64,000 nucleotides of DNA from Parcubacteria group bacterium (GTDB taxonomy: Bacteria; Patescibacteriota; Minisyncoccia; Moranbacterales; UBA11712): contig JBAZXV010000002.1 of NCBI GenBank assembly GCA_041659685.1, positions 120,195 through 184,194 on the forward strand. Reading direction: 5' to 3'. Shown here piece after piece: positions 27,937 through 38,123 of this stretch. Position 1 is the first letter of the stretch; each line of letters starts with the position of its first letter. Made by a program: the position numbers and the translations under genes. The notes beneath the pieces were generated by a model. The model was not told where the DNA came from. It saw only the letters and a list, made by a program, of their open reading frames with translations, and did not search any database.

Positions 27937-29100
27937 ATGGTTACAGTCTTAATCTTTATCATAATTCTTGGCCTCCTTGTTTTTGTCCATGAATTCGGCC
28001 ATTTTATCGTGGCGCGAAGAAATGGTGTCGGAGCGGAAGAATTTGGATTTGGTTTTCCGCCAAGGATTTTGGGCATCTATAAAAACAGGGACGGCCGGTG
28101 GAAAATCGCCTGGGGATCGAAAGAAGTGAAGTCTGATGATACAATTTATTCAATAAATTGGGTGCCGCTCGGAGGATTTGTGAAAATAACGGGGGAGGAC
28201 GGAGAGGAGAAGGCTAATCCCCGAAGCTTTGCCGGGAAAAAACCTTTCGCTCGCGTAAGAATTTTGGCGGCAGGAGTCATTATGAACCTGATTCTGGCTG
28301 TCGCGCTTTTTTCATTCAGTTTTTACCTGGGGGTTCCGCAAATCGCCGACGAAGTGACGAACGGGAAGACAGGCGCCGAAAAAATACAGATTTCCGATAT
28401 CGGAAAAGGAACTCCTGCAGAAACAATGGGACTTCGGATGGGAGATCAGATATTGGGTGCGATTGACAGCGGTGGAAATTCAGTAAGCTTTTCCAATGTG
28501 GATCAGATTCAGCAATATGTGGCAGAAAATAAAGGTTCGCAAATCACTCTCGATCTGAAGCGGGGGAATGAAGAATTGAAGCTTTCTGGCGTTCCGAGGG
28601 CGGAATCCCCTCAGGGAGAAGGACCGCTTGGCATCGGCCTTGTTGAGACTGTGGATGTAAGCTATCCGTGGTATCAAGCGATTGTCGAGGGGTTCAAATA
28701 CACCTTCAATCTGATTATAGTTTTTATTTCATTTTTGGGAGGATTGATATGGCGGCTTGTTGCCGGCCAGCCGGCGGGACTTGATTCGGTTTCCGGTCCA
28801 GTGGGAATTGCAGTCCTGACCGGACAAGTAGCCAAGCTCGGCCTCAATTATTTGGTCCGCTTTGCCGGGATGCTTTCAGTTAATTTGGCGATCATTAACG
28901 CTCTTCCCATTCCTGCGCTGGACGGGGGGAGGATCCTCTTCATACTTATCGAAAAAATAAAGGGATCGCCGGTCAGCCAACGCATTGAGCAACGGGCGCA
29001 CAGTGTCGGTTTTGCTCTTCTCATCAGTCTCATGGTATTTGTGACGTTCCGGGATGTAATGAGATTTGATATCGTGGAGAAGGTTAGAAATTTGTTTTGA
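27937..29100 (+). CDS. rseP: RIP metalloprotease RseP (M50 family, PDZ domain)
   Basis: HEFGH, PLGGFV, SGPVGI, NALPIPALDGG. Confidence 0.93.
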   Translation: MVTVLIFIIILGLLVFVHEFGHFIVARRNGVGAEEFGFGFPPRILGIYKNRDGRWKIAWGSKEVKSDDTIYSINWVPLGGFVKITGEDGEEKANPRSFAGKKPFARVRILAAGVIMNLILAVALFSFSFYLGVPQIADEVTNGKTGAEKIQISDIGKGTPAETMGLRMGDQILGAIDSGGNSVSFSNVDQIQQYVAENKGSQITLDLKRGNEELKLSGVPRAESPQGEGPLGIGLVETVDVSYPWYQAIVEGFKYTFNLIIVFISFLGGLIWRLVAGQPAGLDSVSGPVGIAVLTGQVAKLGLNYLVRFAGMLSVNLAIINALPIPALDGGRILFILIEKIKGSPVSQRIEQRAHSVGFALLISLMVFVTFRDVMRFDIVEKVRNLF

Positions 29101-29351
29101 TCCCCGCGTTGAGATTGTTAAGATATCTTAAAGAAGACGACAGGGAAATGTTCGGGCCACGACGCAGAAAAACATCCCGCCAAAAGGGGGAAGCGAGCGC
29201 TTTGACACTCCCTTTTTTATTAGCTAGTATATAGGGACGAGACGAAAAAACTAAAAACTAAAATCGAAAGTCCGAAGATTGCATCTGGGATGCGAGTTTT
29301 TTGCTTTTAAGTTGCAATTTTGCGTTAATATTTTCGATTTTTTATTTCATC

Positions 29352-30404
29352 ATGCTAAGTAATTTTTTCGGTAGATTTTCCAAGGATATAGGCATCGATC
29401 TGGGGACGGCCAATACTTTGGTATATGTGAGGGGAAGAGGAATCGTGATTAACGAACCTTCGGTGGTGGCGATCAACAAAAAGACCGGCCAGATTTTGGC
29501 TATCGGAAGCGAAGCCAAAAAAATGGTCGGGAAAACCCCGTCGCATATCGTTGCGACCCGCCCGCTTGTTGACGGCGTTATCAGCGATTTTGAAGTGACG
29601 GAGCAGATGCTTCGCTATTTCATCGATAAGGTTCACAGCGAAAGCTTTACTCTCCTTCCGAGGCCGCAAGTGGTAATCGGGATCCCTTCCGGAGTGACGG
29701 AGGTTGAAAAAAGAGCAGTAGTTGATGCGGCAGTGAGCGCCGGAGCGCGAAAAGCATATCTCGTCGACGAACCGATGGCGGCGGCAATCGGAGCCCGTCT
29801 TTCGGTCCAAGAAGCATCCGGAAATATGATCGTCGATATCGGAGGCGGTACAACGGAAATTGCGGTTATATCGCTCGGGGGCGTTGTTGTCTGCCGGAGC
29901 CTTCGGATTGCGGGGGACGAAATGAATGAGGACATTATCCGTTATTCGCGTGACCAGTTTAATCTGCTTCTTGGGGAAAAAACGGCCGAGGATATAAAAA
30001 TTGCAATTGGCAGCGCCTACGAGCTAGACGAGGTTCTTGAAATGCCCATGCGCGGCAGGGATCTTGTTACGGGCCTCCCAAAAGAAGTGATCGTAAATGA
30101 CACTCAGGTCAGAGAAGCCATTTTTCGTTCGATAAAGGTAATCGTCAACAGCATCAAGGCAACCATAGAAGAAACGCCGCCGGAGCTTATTTCCGACATT
30201 ATGCAGAGAGGGATTATTCTGGCCGGGGGAGGAAGTCTCATTCGGGGTCTTGACCGTCTTATTGCTGAACAGACGGATATGCCGGTCAGGGTCATGGATG
30301 ACCCTCTGACAGCCGTAGCCCGCGGAACCGGAATAATACTGGAGCATCTTGATGAGCTTAAAGGCGTCCTGGCGGAAACGCAATACGACAAAGTCAGATT
30401 TTGA
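29352..30404 (+). CDS. mreB: Rod shape-determining protein MreB
   Basis: DIGIDLGTANT, DIGGGTTE; first gene of mreBCD-mrdA. Confidence 0.96.
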   Translation: MLSNFFGRFSKDIGIDLGTANTLVYVRGRGIVINEPSVVAINKKTGQILAIGSEAKKMVGKTPSHIVATRPLVDGVISDFEVTEQMLRYFIDKVHSESFTLLPRPQVVIGIPSGVTEVEKRAVVDAAVSAGARKAYLVDEPMAAAIGARLSVQEASGNMIVDIGGGTTEIAVISLGGVVVCRSLRIAGDEMNEDIIRYSRDQFNLLLGEKTAEDIKIAIGSAYELDEVLEMPMRGRDLVTGLPKEVIVNDTQVREAIFRSIKVIVNSIKATIEETPPELISDIMQRGIILAGGGSLIRGLDRLIAEQTDMPVRVMDDPLTAVARGTGIILEHLDELKGVLAETQYDKVRF

Positions 30405-30427
30405 ATCGAAAATGCAAAAGAATTTAA

Positions 30428-31231
30428 ATGAAATTTTTTTCCAAAAAAAATAAGAAATTTCTCTGGGCGGTTATTTTTCTGATAATCGTTGTGTTTATCT
30501 TCTCCCGCGGAGGAAACAATCCGGTTAAGGGTTCCGTTTTATACCTGACAAGTCCGTTTCTGAAGACTTTCCGCGTATTTTCAGGAGGAACGGAGGGGTT
30601 TTTCCATTTTTTGGGATCTATCGGAGACTTGAAATCAGAAAATGAGAAAATACTTGAAGAGAACAAAGCGCTTTTGGCCAAAAACGCTCTTCTTAAGGAC
30701 ATTGAAGGCGAGAATAAGCTTCTCCGGGAGCAAATGGAGCTCCTGCCCCGAAAAGAATATGAGCTTGAATCAAGCTTTGTGATTGCGCAGGATCCGTTGG
30801 GGATGGGAAACTATCTTTTCATCGACAAAGGGGAAAACAGCGGGATTAAGGCCGGAATGCCCGTTATTGTGTCAAAAGGAATCCTGGCGGGGAAAATAAC
30901 GGAAGTTTATCCAAACAGCGCGAAGGTGGTTCTGGTCAATGAAAAAAGCAGCGCCATAAATTCTGAAATCGAAGAAAGCGGAGCGAAGGGAATTGTGAAA
31001 GGAGCTTACGGATTAGGGCTTATGATGGATATGATATCCCAGTCGGAAATGGTAAAGGAGGGCGATGCCGTCATCACATCGGGTCTCGGAGGGGATATGC
31101 CCAGAGGTCTCTATATAGGAAAAATAAAGGAAGTCGGACAATCGGCCGATAAGCTTTTTCAGCAATCTACCATTATTTCTCCCGTCGATTTTTCATCTTT
31201 GCGGGTTGTGTCAGTCATAAAAAAGTATTAA
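30428..31231 (+). CDS. mreC: Rod shape-determining protein MreC
   Basis: TM, coiled coil, IDKG..G..GMPV, TSGLGG; operon position. Confidence 0.93.
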   Translation: MKFFSKKNKKFLWAVIFLIIVVFIFSRGGNNPVKGSVLYLTSPFLKTFRVFSGGTEGFFHFLGSIGDLKSENEKILEENKALLAKNALLKDIEGENKLLREQMELLPRKEYELESSFVIAQDPLGMGNYLFIDKGENSGIKAGMPVIVSKGILAGKITEVYPNSAKVVLVNEKSSAINSEIEESGAKGIVKGAYGLGLMMDMISQSEMVKEGDAVITSGLGGDMPRGLYIGKIKEVGQSADKLFQQSTIISPVDFSSLRVVSVIKKY

Positions 31232-31284
31232 TTCATTCCGGAAAAATCTTTAAAAGTGTTAAATTATTTTTTCGGGATTAAATT

Positions 31285-31827
31285 ATGAGAAATTTTTTCT
31301 TTGTGATATTTTGCGCAGCAGTCGTTTTTCTCCAGGTGTCATCGGCTGGTGTGATCTTTGGATCCGAAAGGGTTCCTAACTTTGCTTTGGCGCTGGTGAT
31401 CAGTCTCGTTCTGGTTTTGGGATTTGAGAAATCACTGGCATGGATCATCCTGACCGGAATCCTGGTTGATGTCTATTCAGGATGGATCATCGGTATGGAT
31501 GCTCTTGTCATGATTATCATTGCCTGGGTGGTAAGCGCTCTTTTGTCGGTAGCTGACATTAAATCAAGGAAATCTCTGTTCTTTCCGGCGCTTTTTCTTC
31601 TCTCGGCCGGATTTGCCCTGATTTATGATATTTTGGCCGGAATTTTTATGCATGTCGCCATTTTGTGGTTAAATATCGGCGGATCGTATTTCCGGGTGAA
31701 TTATTCCGGCTGGGACTACACTTTTAAAATATTTTTCACCGCTTTGTCTGTTTACGCGGTTTATTATTTTGTGGAAAGAATCAACAGGTTGTTCTCGAGG
31801 CCTGCGCCGGCTTTTGTGAGAAAATAG
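31285..31827 (+). CDS. mreD: Putative MreD
   Basis: Hydrophobic ORF between mreC and mrdA; PN..L and GILVD motifs. Confidence 0.7.
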   Translation: MRNFFFVIFCAAVVFLQVSSAGVIFGSERVPNFALALVISLVLVLGFEKSLAWIILTGILVDVYSGWIIGMDALVMIIIAWVVSALLSVADIKSRKSLFFPALFLLSAGFALIYDILAGIFMHVAILWLNIGGSYFRVNYSGWDYTFKIFFTALSVYAVYYFVERINRLFSRPAPAFVRK

Positions 31828-31831
31828 CATA

Positions 31832-33745
31832 ATGTTACAAGACATGTTCAATAAATATTTTCTAAAAAAAAGAAAGCGGCGGAGCTTGGAAATTGAAGAA
31901 GTTTCGCATTCGAATTCAAGCGTGGATCCCCAAGAAGCTCCGTCAATAGGAAAACCAATTTCAGAAGAAGGCCTGAGACTTCTGAAGTTTTTAGTTTTTT
32001 TTGTTTTTGTTTTTCTGGCCGGCCGGGTCTTTTTCCTTCAGGTTGTGAAAGGGGATTATTACACGGAGATGTCAAAAGAAAATCGCACGCGATATGTTCT
32101 CATTAATGCGCCCAGAGGAATTGTTTATGACCGTAACGGAAAAAAACTGGTGCGGAACATCCCGAGTTTCGATGCGGTTGCCATTCCGGCTGATCTCCCA
32201 AAAGACGCATCAGAAAGGGCAAAGGAAGAAAGAGAGATAGCATCATTTCTCGGTATGAATGACCAGGGCGTAAGTGTGATTGTGGAATCGCAGGATCTCA
32301 ATTCCTTTAATCCCATCTTAATAAAAGAAAACGTCTCCGAAGAAGAGGCTTTGATATTTTCGGAACGAAAATCCCATCTTTCGGGATTCATGCTTGATCA
32401 GACGGCCGTCCGTTATTATGAAGACGGAAATTATTTTTCTTCAATTATGGGGTACAGCGGAAAAATAACAAAAGAAGAGCTCGAAAAAAATCCCGATTAC
32501 TATATGACCGATTACGTCGGAAAAACCGGCCTTGAAGCGAGCTACGAAAAGTATTTGCGGGGAGTGTCCGGAAAGCAGAAAGTGGAAGTTGATTCTTCGG
32601 GGAACATTAAAAAAAATCTGGGAGTTGATTCCCCGGTGAACGGCGACGATCTGCATCTTACTCTTGACGCGGATCTTCAGAAGAAAATTCAGGACAGCCT
32701 GCAAAACATGCTGTCAACGACAGGAACGAAAACGGCTGCGGCGGTTGCCATTGATCCGCGGGACGGCGGGATTTTAGCAACTGTCAATCTTCCCAGCTAT
32801 GACAATAATCTTTTTGCTAAAGGGATTTCCCAGGAAGATTATCAGAAACTGATTACCGATGAAGACAAACCGATGTTTAACCGGTCGATTTCCGGGGAAT
32901 ACGCGCCAGGTTCCACTTTTAAGCCTCTGGTGGCCGCGGCTGCCCTTCAGGAAGGAACTATCAACGCGGGTACGACCCTGAACTGCCCGGGGGAAATTAA
33001 TATCGGGAGTTATCGGTTCCCGGACTGGAAAACTCACGGAGCAATGGATATCAGAAATGCCATTGCCGAGAGCTGTGACGTCTTTTTCTATGCGGTAGGC
33101 GGGGGATGGGGCGACATTCCCGCCCTTGGCATCGATCGAATAAAAAAATATGCCGACCTTTTTGGTTTCGGCAGTCCTTTGGGCATTGATATTCCGGGAG
33201 AGGCGAGCGGCCTTATTCCCAATCAGGAATGGAAACAGAACAGGTTTAATGAAAAATGGTACGTGGGGGACGACTATCATTGTTCCATCGGGCAGGGATT
33301 CGATACGGCGACGCCGCTTCAGCTTGCGGATATGACTGCGACGGTAGCCAATGGAGGAAAAGTATATCAGCCGCACGTGGTCGGCGGGATCGTGAAACCT
33401 GACGGATCGGAGGAAAAGATTGGATCAAAAATCATAAACCAAAATTTCATTTCGCCTTCCAATATGAATGTCGTAAGAGAGGGTATGAGAATGACGGTTT
33501 CGTCGGAACACGGATCGGCAATGCAGCTCAATGACCTCAAAGTGGCGGTGGCCGGAAAAACAGGAACGGCTCAATTTGGAGGAGAAGGAAAGACTCACGG
33601 ATGGTTTATATCTTTCGCGCCTTACGATAATCCGGAAATCGCCATGGCAGTCCTTGTGGAAGGCGGCGGAGAAGGCCACTCTACGGCCGTGCCGGTGACA
33701 AAAGAAGTTTATAAATGGTATTTTGAAGAGAGGAATAAACAATAA
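31832..33745 (+). CDS. mrdA: Penicillin-binding protein 2
   Basis: APRG.VYDRNG, PGSTFK (SxxK), SCD, KTGTAQ. Confidence 0.95.
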   Translation: MLQDMFNKYFLKKRKRRSLEIEEVSHSNSSVDPQEAPSIGKPISEEGLRLLKFLVFFVFVFLAGRVFFLQVVKGDYYTEMSKENRTRYVLINAPRGIVYDRNGKKLVRNIPSFDAVAIPADLPKDASERAKEEREIASFLGMNDQGVSVIVESQDLNSFNPILIKENVSEEEALIFSERKSHLSGFMLDQTAVRYYEDGNYFSSIMGYSGKITKEELEKNPDYYMTDYVGKTGLEASYEKYLRGVSGKQKVEVDSSGNIKKNLGVDSPVNGDDLHLTLDADLQKKIQDSLQNMLSTTGTKTAAAVAIDPRDGGILATVNLPSYDNNLFAKGISQEDYQKLITDEDKPMFNRSISGEYAPGSTFKPLVAAAALQEGTINAGTTLNCPGEINIGSYRFPDWKTHGAMDIRNAIAESCDVFFYAVGGGWGDIPALGIDRIKKYADLFGFGSPLGIDIPGEASGLIPNQEWKQNRFNEKWYVGDDYHCSIGQGFDTATPLQLADMTATVANGGKVYQPHVVGGIVKPDGSEEKIGSKIINQNFISPSNMNVVREGMRMTVSSEHGSAMQLNDLKVAVAGKTGTAQFGGEGKTHGWFISFAPYDNPEIAMAVLVEGGGEGHSTAVPVTKEVYKWYFEERNKQ

Positions 33746-33872
33746 ATCGGGCGCAAAAATCGCTTGCTAATGACTAGTCTTGACATTATATTAGTATCCG
33801 ATATAATTGGAGCTGTCCAATATAACGCGTCTGGTGCTCATTAAAGAGTGCTTTTATATTCATTTCAAAAAT

Positions 33873-34358
33873 ATGATAAAACTATTAACTGCGGAGGGGC
33901 TAAAAAAATTGAAAGACGAACTCGAAATGCGAAAGAAGGAAATGAGGCAGAAAATCGCCCTCATTATTAAGGAAGCCAAGGAACAGGGCGACCTTTCGGA
34001 AAATGCCGAATATACGGAAGCGAAGAGACAGCAGGCTGACAATGAGCGCCGGATTTTAGAGCTCGAAAACCAAATTCGAACTTCGGAAGTCGCCAGTTTC
34101 GTCAAGGGCTCCCAGACCGTCCAAATGGGCTCAAAAGTCACCGTAAAATTCTCCGCCAAAGACGGATCCGCCTCTGGAGGAAATGGCAATGAACAAGTTT
34201 TTGATATTGTCGGATCAAATGAAGCTGATCCGTTAAACGGGAAAATATCCAACGAATCGCCGATCGGCAAAGCTTTGATGGGAAAAAAAGCCAGTGAGAA
34301 AATAATGGTCCAGACTCCGAGCGGAGAGAAAGAATATAAAATTCTGGAAGTTAAGTAA
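33873..34358 (+). CDS. greA: Transcription elongation factor GreA
   Basis: GDLSENAEY, ISNESPIGKAL; has a 10-aa insertion. Confidence 0.96.
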   Translation: MIKLLTAEGLKKLKDELEMRKKEMRQKIALIIKEAKEQGDLSENAEYTEAKRQQADNERRILELENQIRTSEVASFVKGSQTVQMGSKVTVKFSAKDGSASGGNGNEQVFDIVGSNEADPLNGKISNESPIGKALMGKKASEKIMVQTPSGEKEYKILEVK

Positions 34359-34408
34359 TAGTTCCATTTCTTCACTGACGAATTAACTAGTCGTTTTTGA
34401 CAATTTTG

Positions 34409-34444
34409 AAACAAGCCCGGGTTTAATCCCAGGCTTGTTTTTTT
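34409..34444 (+). terminator. Intrinsic terminator after greA
   Basis: AAACAAGCC..GGCTTGTTT followed by a T-run. Confidence 0.7.
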
Positions 34445-34501
34445 ATGGAAAAACGGGTAATATTATGAAATCAAGCATCATATAATCGATTTAATAACCC
34501 T

Positions 34502-36088
34502 ATGTTTTGGGCGGATAAGCTAGTCAGTCAAATCAAAAATGAATATGCGGGAAAAATCGAAAGCGGCCAGCCGCTTATTATTCGCGACGAAAAAACGGCT
34601 TCCGGGCGGGTGCACGTCGGGTCTTTGCGCGGCGTGGCGATTCACGGCATAATTTCCGAAACACTGACGGAAATCGGCATAAAAAACAAATATCTTTATG
34701 AAATAAACGACTTCGATCACATGGACGGCTTGCCGTCATATTTAGACAAAAAGAAATTTGAGCCATATCTCGGAATGCTGCTTTGCAACGTTCCCAGTCC
34801 GGACGGAAAAGCGAAAAATTATGCCGAATACTTCGGAGAAGAATATGTCGAGGTTATCCAGGAATTGGGCTTCGAACCGGAATTCTACCGTTCGAGCGAC
34901 TTATATAAAAAAGGAAAATATAACGAGGTTATTAAGATCGCCATTGAAAATGCTGATAAAATCCGCGAAATATACAAAAAAATTTCCGGTTCGCAAAAAC
35001 AAGATCAGTGGCTGCCAATTCAAATGATCTGCGAAAAATGCGGAAAGATTAGTACGACCCGGGCCTTGAGCTTTGACGGAGAAAAAGTGGAATATGAATG
35101 CGCCCCCGATGCAGTTGTGTGGACCCGGGGATGCGGACACAAGGGGAAAAATTCGCCTTTCGATGGAAATGCCAAGCTTCCTTGGAAAGTGGAATGGGCG
35201 GCCAAATTCAAAGTTCTCGGAGTAGACATTGAAGGGGCGGGAAAGGATCATTCCACCAAAGGCGGTTCGCGCAATATCGCGGAAGCGATTTGTCGAGAAG
35301 TTTTTGGTTGCGCTGTGCCTTTTGATATTCCCTATGAATTTTTCAACGTGAGCGGAAAGAAAATGTCGTCTTCGAAAGGCGCCGGATCATCTTCGCGGGA
35401 AATCGCCGATACGCTTCCTCCCGAACTCTTGAGGCTGCTTCTTCTCGGAAAGGATCCAAAAAGGGTGATAGACTTCATTCCGGATGGAGACACCATCCCG
35501 GTTCTTTATGATTTGTATGACAAAATGGCCGAAGCGTATTTTGCGGGAGATAACAGCGACTATTCCAGGATTTTTAAACTTATTCATAAAAATCGAGAGG
35601 AGAAGATGAAAAAAAGATTTTTGCCGAGATTTTCACAGGTGGCATTTGTGGCGCAGATGCCGCATATGGACAACTTCGAAGCGGTGGAAAAAATGAAAGG
35701 GGCCTCACTTACAGAAGAGGATAAAGAAGAAGTTGATTACCGCGCGGGATATGCGAAGAAGTGGCTTGAAAAATATGCTCCTGAGGATTATAAATATGAC
35801 CTTCAGGAAAACGAAATTCCGGATGCGGCCAAGGATTTTTCTGACCGGCAAAAAGAAGGTCTCAAGAAAATTTTGGAATATGTAAAGTCCCAGGACAATC
35901 TTGACGGACAGCTCCTTCACACCAAGGTGCACGATATAAAAAAAGAAATAGGGATCGAACCAAAAGAGCTTTTTTCCGCGATTTATATCAGTTTTCTTGG
36001 CAAGGACCGCGGTCCGAAAGTCGGCTGGTTTCTGAGCGTCCTCGACCGCGATTTTCTGGAAAAAAGGCTTGAGGATGTGATAAGATAG
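34502..36088 (+). CDS. lysS: Class I lysine--tRNA ligase
   Basis: MFWAD, SGRVHVG (HIGH-like), KLPWKVEW, KMSSSKG (KMSKS-like). Confidence 0.95.
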   Translation: MFWADKLVSQIKNEYAGKIESGQPLIIRDEKTASGRVHVGSLRGVAIHGIISETLTEIGIKNKYLYEINDFDHMDGLPSYLDKKKFEPYLGMLLCNVPSPDGKAKNYAEYFGEEYVEVIQELGFEPEFYRSSDLYKKGKYNEVIKIAIENADKIREIYKKISGSQKQDQWLPIQMICEKCGKISTTRALSFDGEKVEYECAPDAVVWTRGCGHKGKNSPFDGNAKLPWKVEWAAKFKVLGVDIEGAGKDHSTKGGSRNIAEAICREVFGCAVPFDIPYEFFNVSGKKMSSSKGAGSSSREIADTLPPELLRLLLLGKDPKRVIDFIPDGDTIPVLYDLYDKMAEAYFAGDNSDYSRIFKLIHKNREEKMKKRFLPRFSQVAFVAQMPHMDNFEAVEKMKGASLTEEDKEEVDYRAGYAKKWLEKYAPEDYKYDLQENEIPDAAKDFSDRQKEGLKKILEYVKSQDNLDGQLLHTKVHDIKKEIGIEPKELFSAIYISFLGKDRGPKVGWFLSVLDRDFLEKRLEDVIR

Positions 36089-36106
36089 ACTATTAATCTT
36101 AAATAT

Positions 36107-37390
36107 ATGCTTGATATTAAATACATCCGGGAAAATAAAGATGCCGTAAAGAAAAATTGCGAGCTTCGCAATATCGCTTGCGATGTGGATAGGATTTTGG
36201 AATTGGATGGAGAAAGAAAAGATCTAATTGAGAAAATTGAAGGATTTAGAAAAGGAAAAAATGAAATAAATGAGCAGATGAAAAATATCGCAAATATCAG
36301 TGCCGAAGAAAAAAAAGAAATCCTGATGAGAGCAAGCGCAATAAAGTTAAACCTTGAACAATTAGAACCGAAATTTGAAGAAATAAATAAGCAATTTCAG
36401 GAGCTTATTTTAGGCATTCCGAATATGACGCATCCCGATTCGCCGATTGGGAAAGACGACGGCGAAAACAAGGAGATTGAAAGATATGGCGAACCGCCGA
36501 AGTTAGATTTTGTGCCAAAGGGGCATGAAGAGCTGATGAACGATTTGGATCTTATTGATTTCGAACGCGGTGCAAAAGTAGCCGGCGCGAAATTTTATTT
36601 TCTCAAAAACGAAGCGGTGCTTTTGGAACAAGCGCTCATCAACTTTGCTTTTCAGAAGCTGATTAAAAAAGGTTTTATTCTGTTTTCTACGCCTGATATA
36701 GCCAAGGATAAGGTGCTTTTTGGCACAGGCTATAATCCCCGCGGTCCGGAACAGCAAATATACTCCATTGAAAATACGGATTTAAGCTTGATAGCCACCT
36801 CCGAAATTCCTATGGGCGGTTATCACATGAATGAAGTTATTGAAGAAAAAGATCTGCCACTGAAATATGCCGCTATTTCCCATTGTTACCGTGTTGAAGC
36901 CGGATCATATGGAAGGCACAGCGCCGGGCTTTATCGGGTGCATCAGTTTACCAAGGTGGAAATGTTTGTCTATGCCGCTCCGGAATTTTCCGAGGCGATA
37001 CATACGGAACTTAAGAATATAGAAGTGGAAATATTCAAAGACCTAGGCGTGCCGTTTCGCGTGGTGGATATATGCACGGGGGATCTTGGCGGCCCGGCAT
37101 GCCGGAAATATGATCTTGAGGCCTGGATGACAAGCCGCAATGATTGGGGAGAAGTGACGTCGACATCTGATACGACCGATTATCAAGCCCGCAGACTTAA
37201 TATTAAAATTAAACGAGAGAACGGAAAAAAGGAATTTTTACACATGCTCAACGGCACAGCAATCGCTATTTCTCGCGCGCTGATTGCCATCATCGAAAAT
37301 GGACAACTTGTCGACGGTTCAGTCATGATTCCGGAAGTTCTCCAGAAATACATGCCAGGCGGACAAAAAGCCATCAAACCCAAAAAATGA
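36107..37390 (+). CDS. serS: Serine--tRNA ligase
   Basis: MLDIKYIR, IATSE, YRVHQFTKVEM, KYDLEAW, HMLNGT. Confidence 0.97.
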   Translation: MLDIKYIRENKDAVKKNCELRNIACDVDRILELDGERKDLIEKIEGFRKGKNEINEQMKNIANISAEEKKEILMRASAIKLNLEQLEPKFEEINKQFQELILGIPNMTHPDSPIGKDDGENKEIERYGEPPKLDFVPKGHEELMNDLDLIDFERGAKVAGAKFYFLKNEAVLLEQALINFAFQKLIKKGFILFSTPDIAKDKVLFGTGYNPRGPEQQIYSIENTDLSLIATSEIPMGGYHMNEVIEEKDLPLKYAAISHCYRVEAGSYGRHSAGLYRVHQFTKVEMFVYAAPEFSEAIHTELKNIEVEIFKDLGVPFRVVDICTGDLGGPACRKYDLEAWMTSRNDWGEVTSTSDTTDYQARRLNIKIKRENGKKEFLHMLNGTAIAISRALIAIIENGQLVDGSVMIPEVLQKYMPGGQKAIKPKK

Positions 37391-38116
37391 TTCCTAAAGC
37401 TCGGCTTTAGGAATAAAAAAATGAGGAAAATACAATTTGCCAATGGTGAATATTACCACATCTTTAATAGAGGTGTGGACAAAAGAAAGATATTCTTGGA
37501 AGAAAGGGATTATCAGAGGTTTTTGTTTTCGCTGAATTTACTCAATGACGATGAAGATGGCTTATTGTTGAAATGGCGCGATTACATGAAGTGCAAAGAA
37601 AAATCTTCAAAACCATTCCTAAAGCTCGGCTTTAGGAATAGAAAGTTCCTAGTTGACATTATAGTTTATTGCCTTAATCCGAATCACTATCATTTATTGG
37701 TAAAGCAGAGAATTGAGAAGGGTGTAGAAAGATTTATGCATAAACTTGGGACGAGCTACACAAAATATTTCAATGAAAAATATAAAAGATCGGGAGTTTT
37801 ATTTCAGGGAAAATTCAAAGCGGTTCACATAAAAAATAACGCAAAACTCCTTTATTTATCGGCCTATATTAATCAAAACAGCCAAATCCACGGAATTGCC
37901 AAATCTGATAAATATCCCTGGAGCAGCTACTCGCAATATTCGGCAAATAAAAAATTTTGTTTATGCAGAACGCATGTTATAGTAAGCCAATTCAGAAACG
38001 CGAAGGAGTATAAGGAATTTTGCAAAGAAAATTTGAAAGAAATGATTGAAAGAAAACAGGATGAAAAACTACTCATGGAAGAGTAATTTGCATTCCTAAA
38101 GCCGAGCTTTGGGAAT
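37390..38116. mobile_element. RAYT locus bounded by inverted REP-like 25-bp palindromes
   Basis: ATTCCTAAAGCTCGGCTTTAGGAAT at 37390-37414 and 37615-37639; inverted copy with 1 mismatch at 38092-38116. Confidence 0.85.
37421..38086 (+). CDS. REP-associated tyrosine transposase (RAYT, Y1 HUH)
   Basis: YYHIFNRG, YCLNPNHYHLL (HUH), YFN.KY.RSG.LFQG.F, YI..N, YPWSS. Confidence 0.92.
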   Translation: MRKIQFANGEYYHIFNRGVDKRKIFLEERDYQRFLFSLNLLNDDEDGLLLKWRDYMKCKEKSSKPFLKLGFRNRKFLVDIIVYCLNPNHYHLLVKQRIEKGVERFMHKLGTSYTKYFNEKYKRSGVLFQGKFKAVHIKNNAKLLYLSAYINQNSQIHGIAKSDKYPWSSYSQYSANKKFCLCRTHVIVSQFRNAKEYKEFCKENLKEMIERKQDEKLLMEE

Positions 38117-38123
38117 GATGATT

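Noticed and set aside
34502-36088. Class I LysRS and two mreB paralogues as novelties
   Set aside because: Both are already known in several bacterial lineages including CPR
37390-38116. Repeated 25-bp palindromes as a CRISPR array
   Set aside because: Spacing is 200-450 bp, one copy is inverted and one lies in an ORF; no cas genes; better explained as REPs
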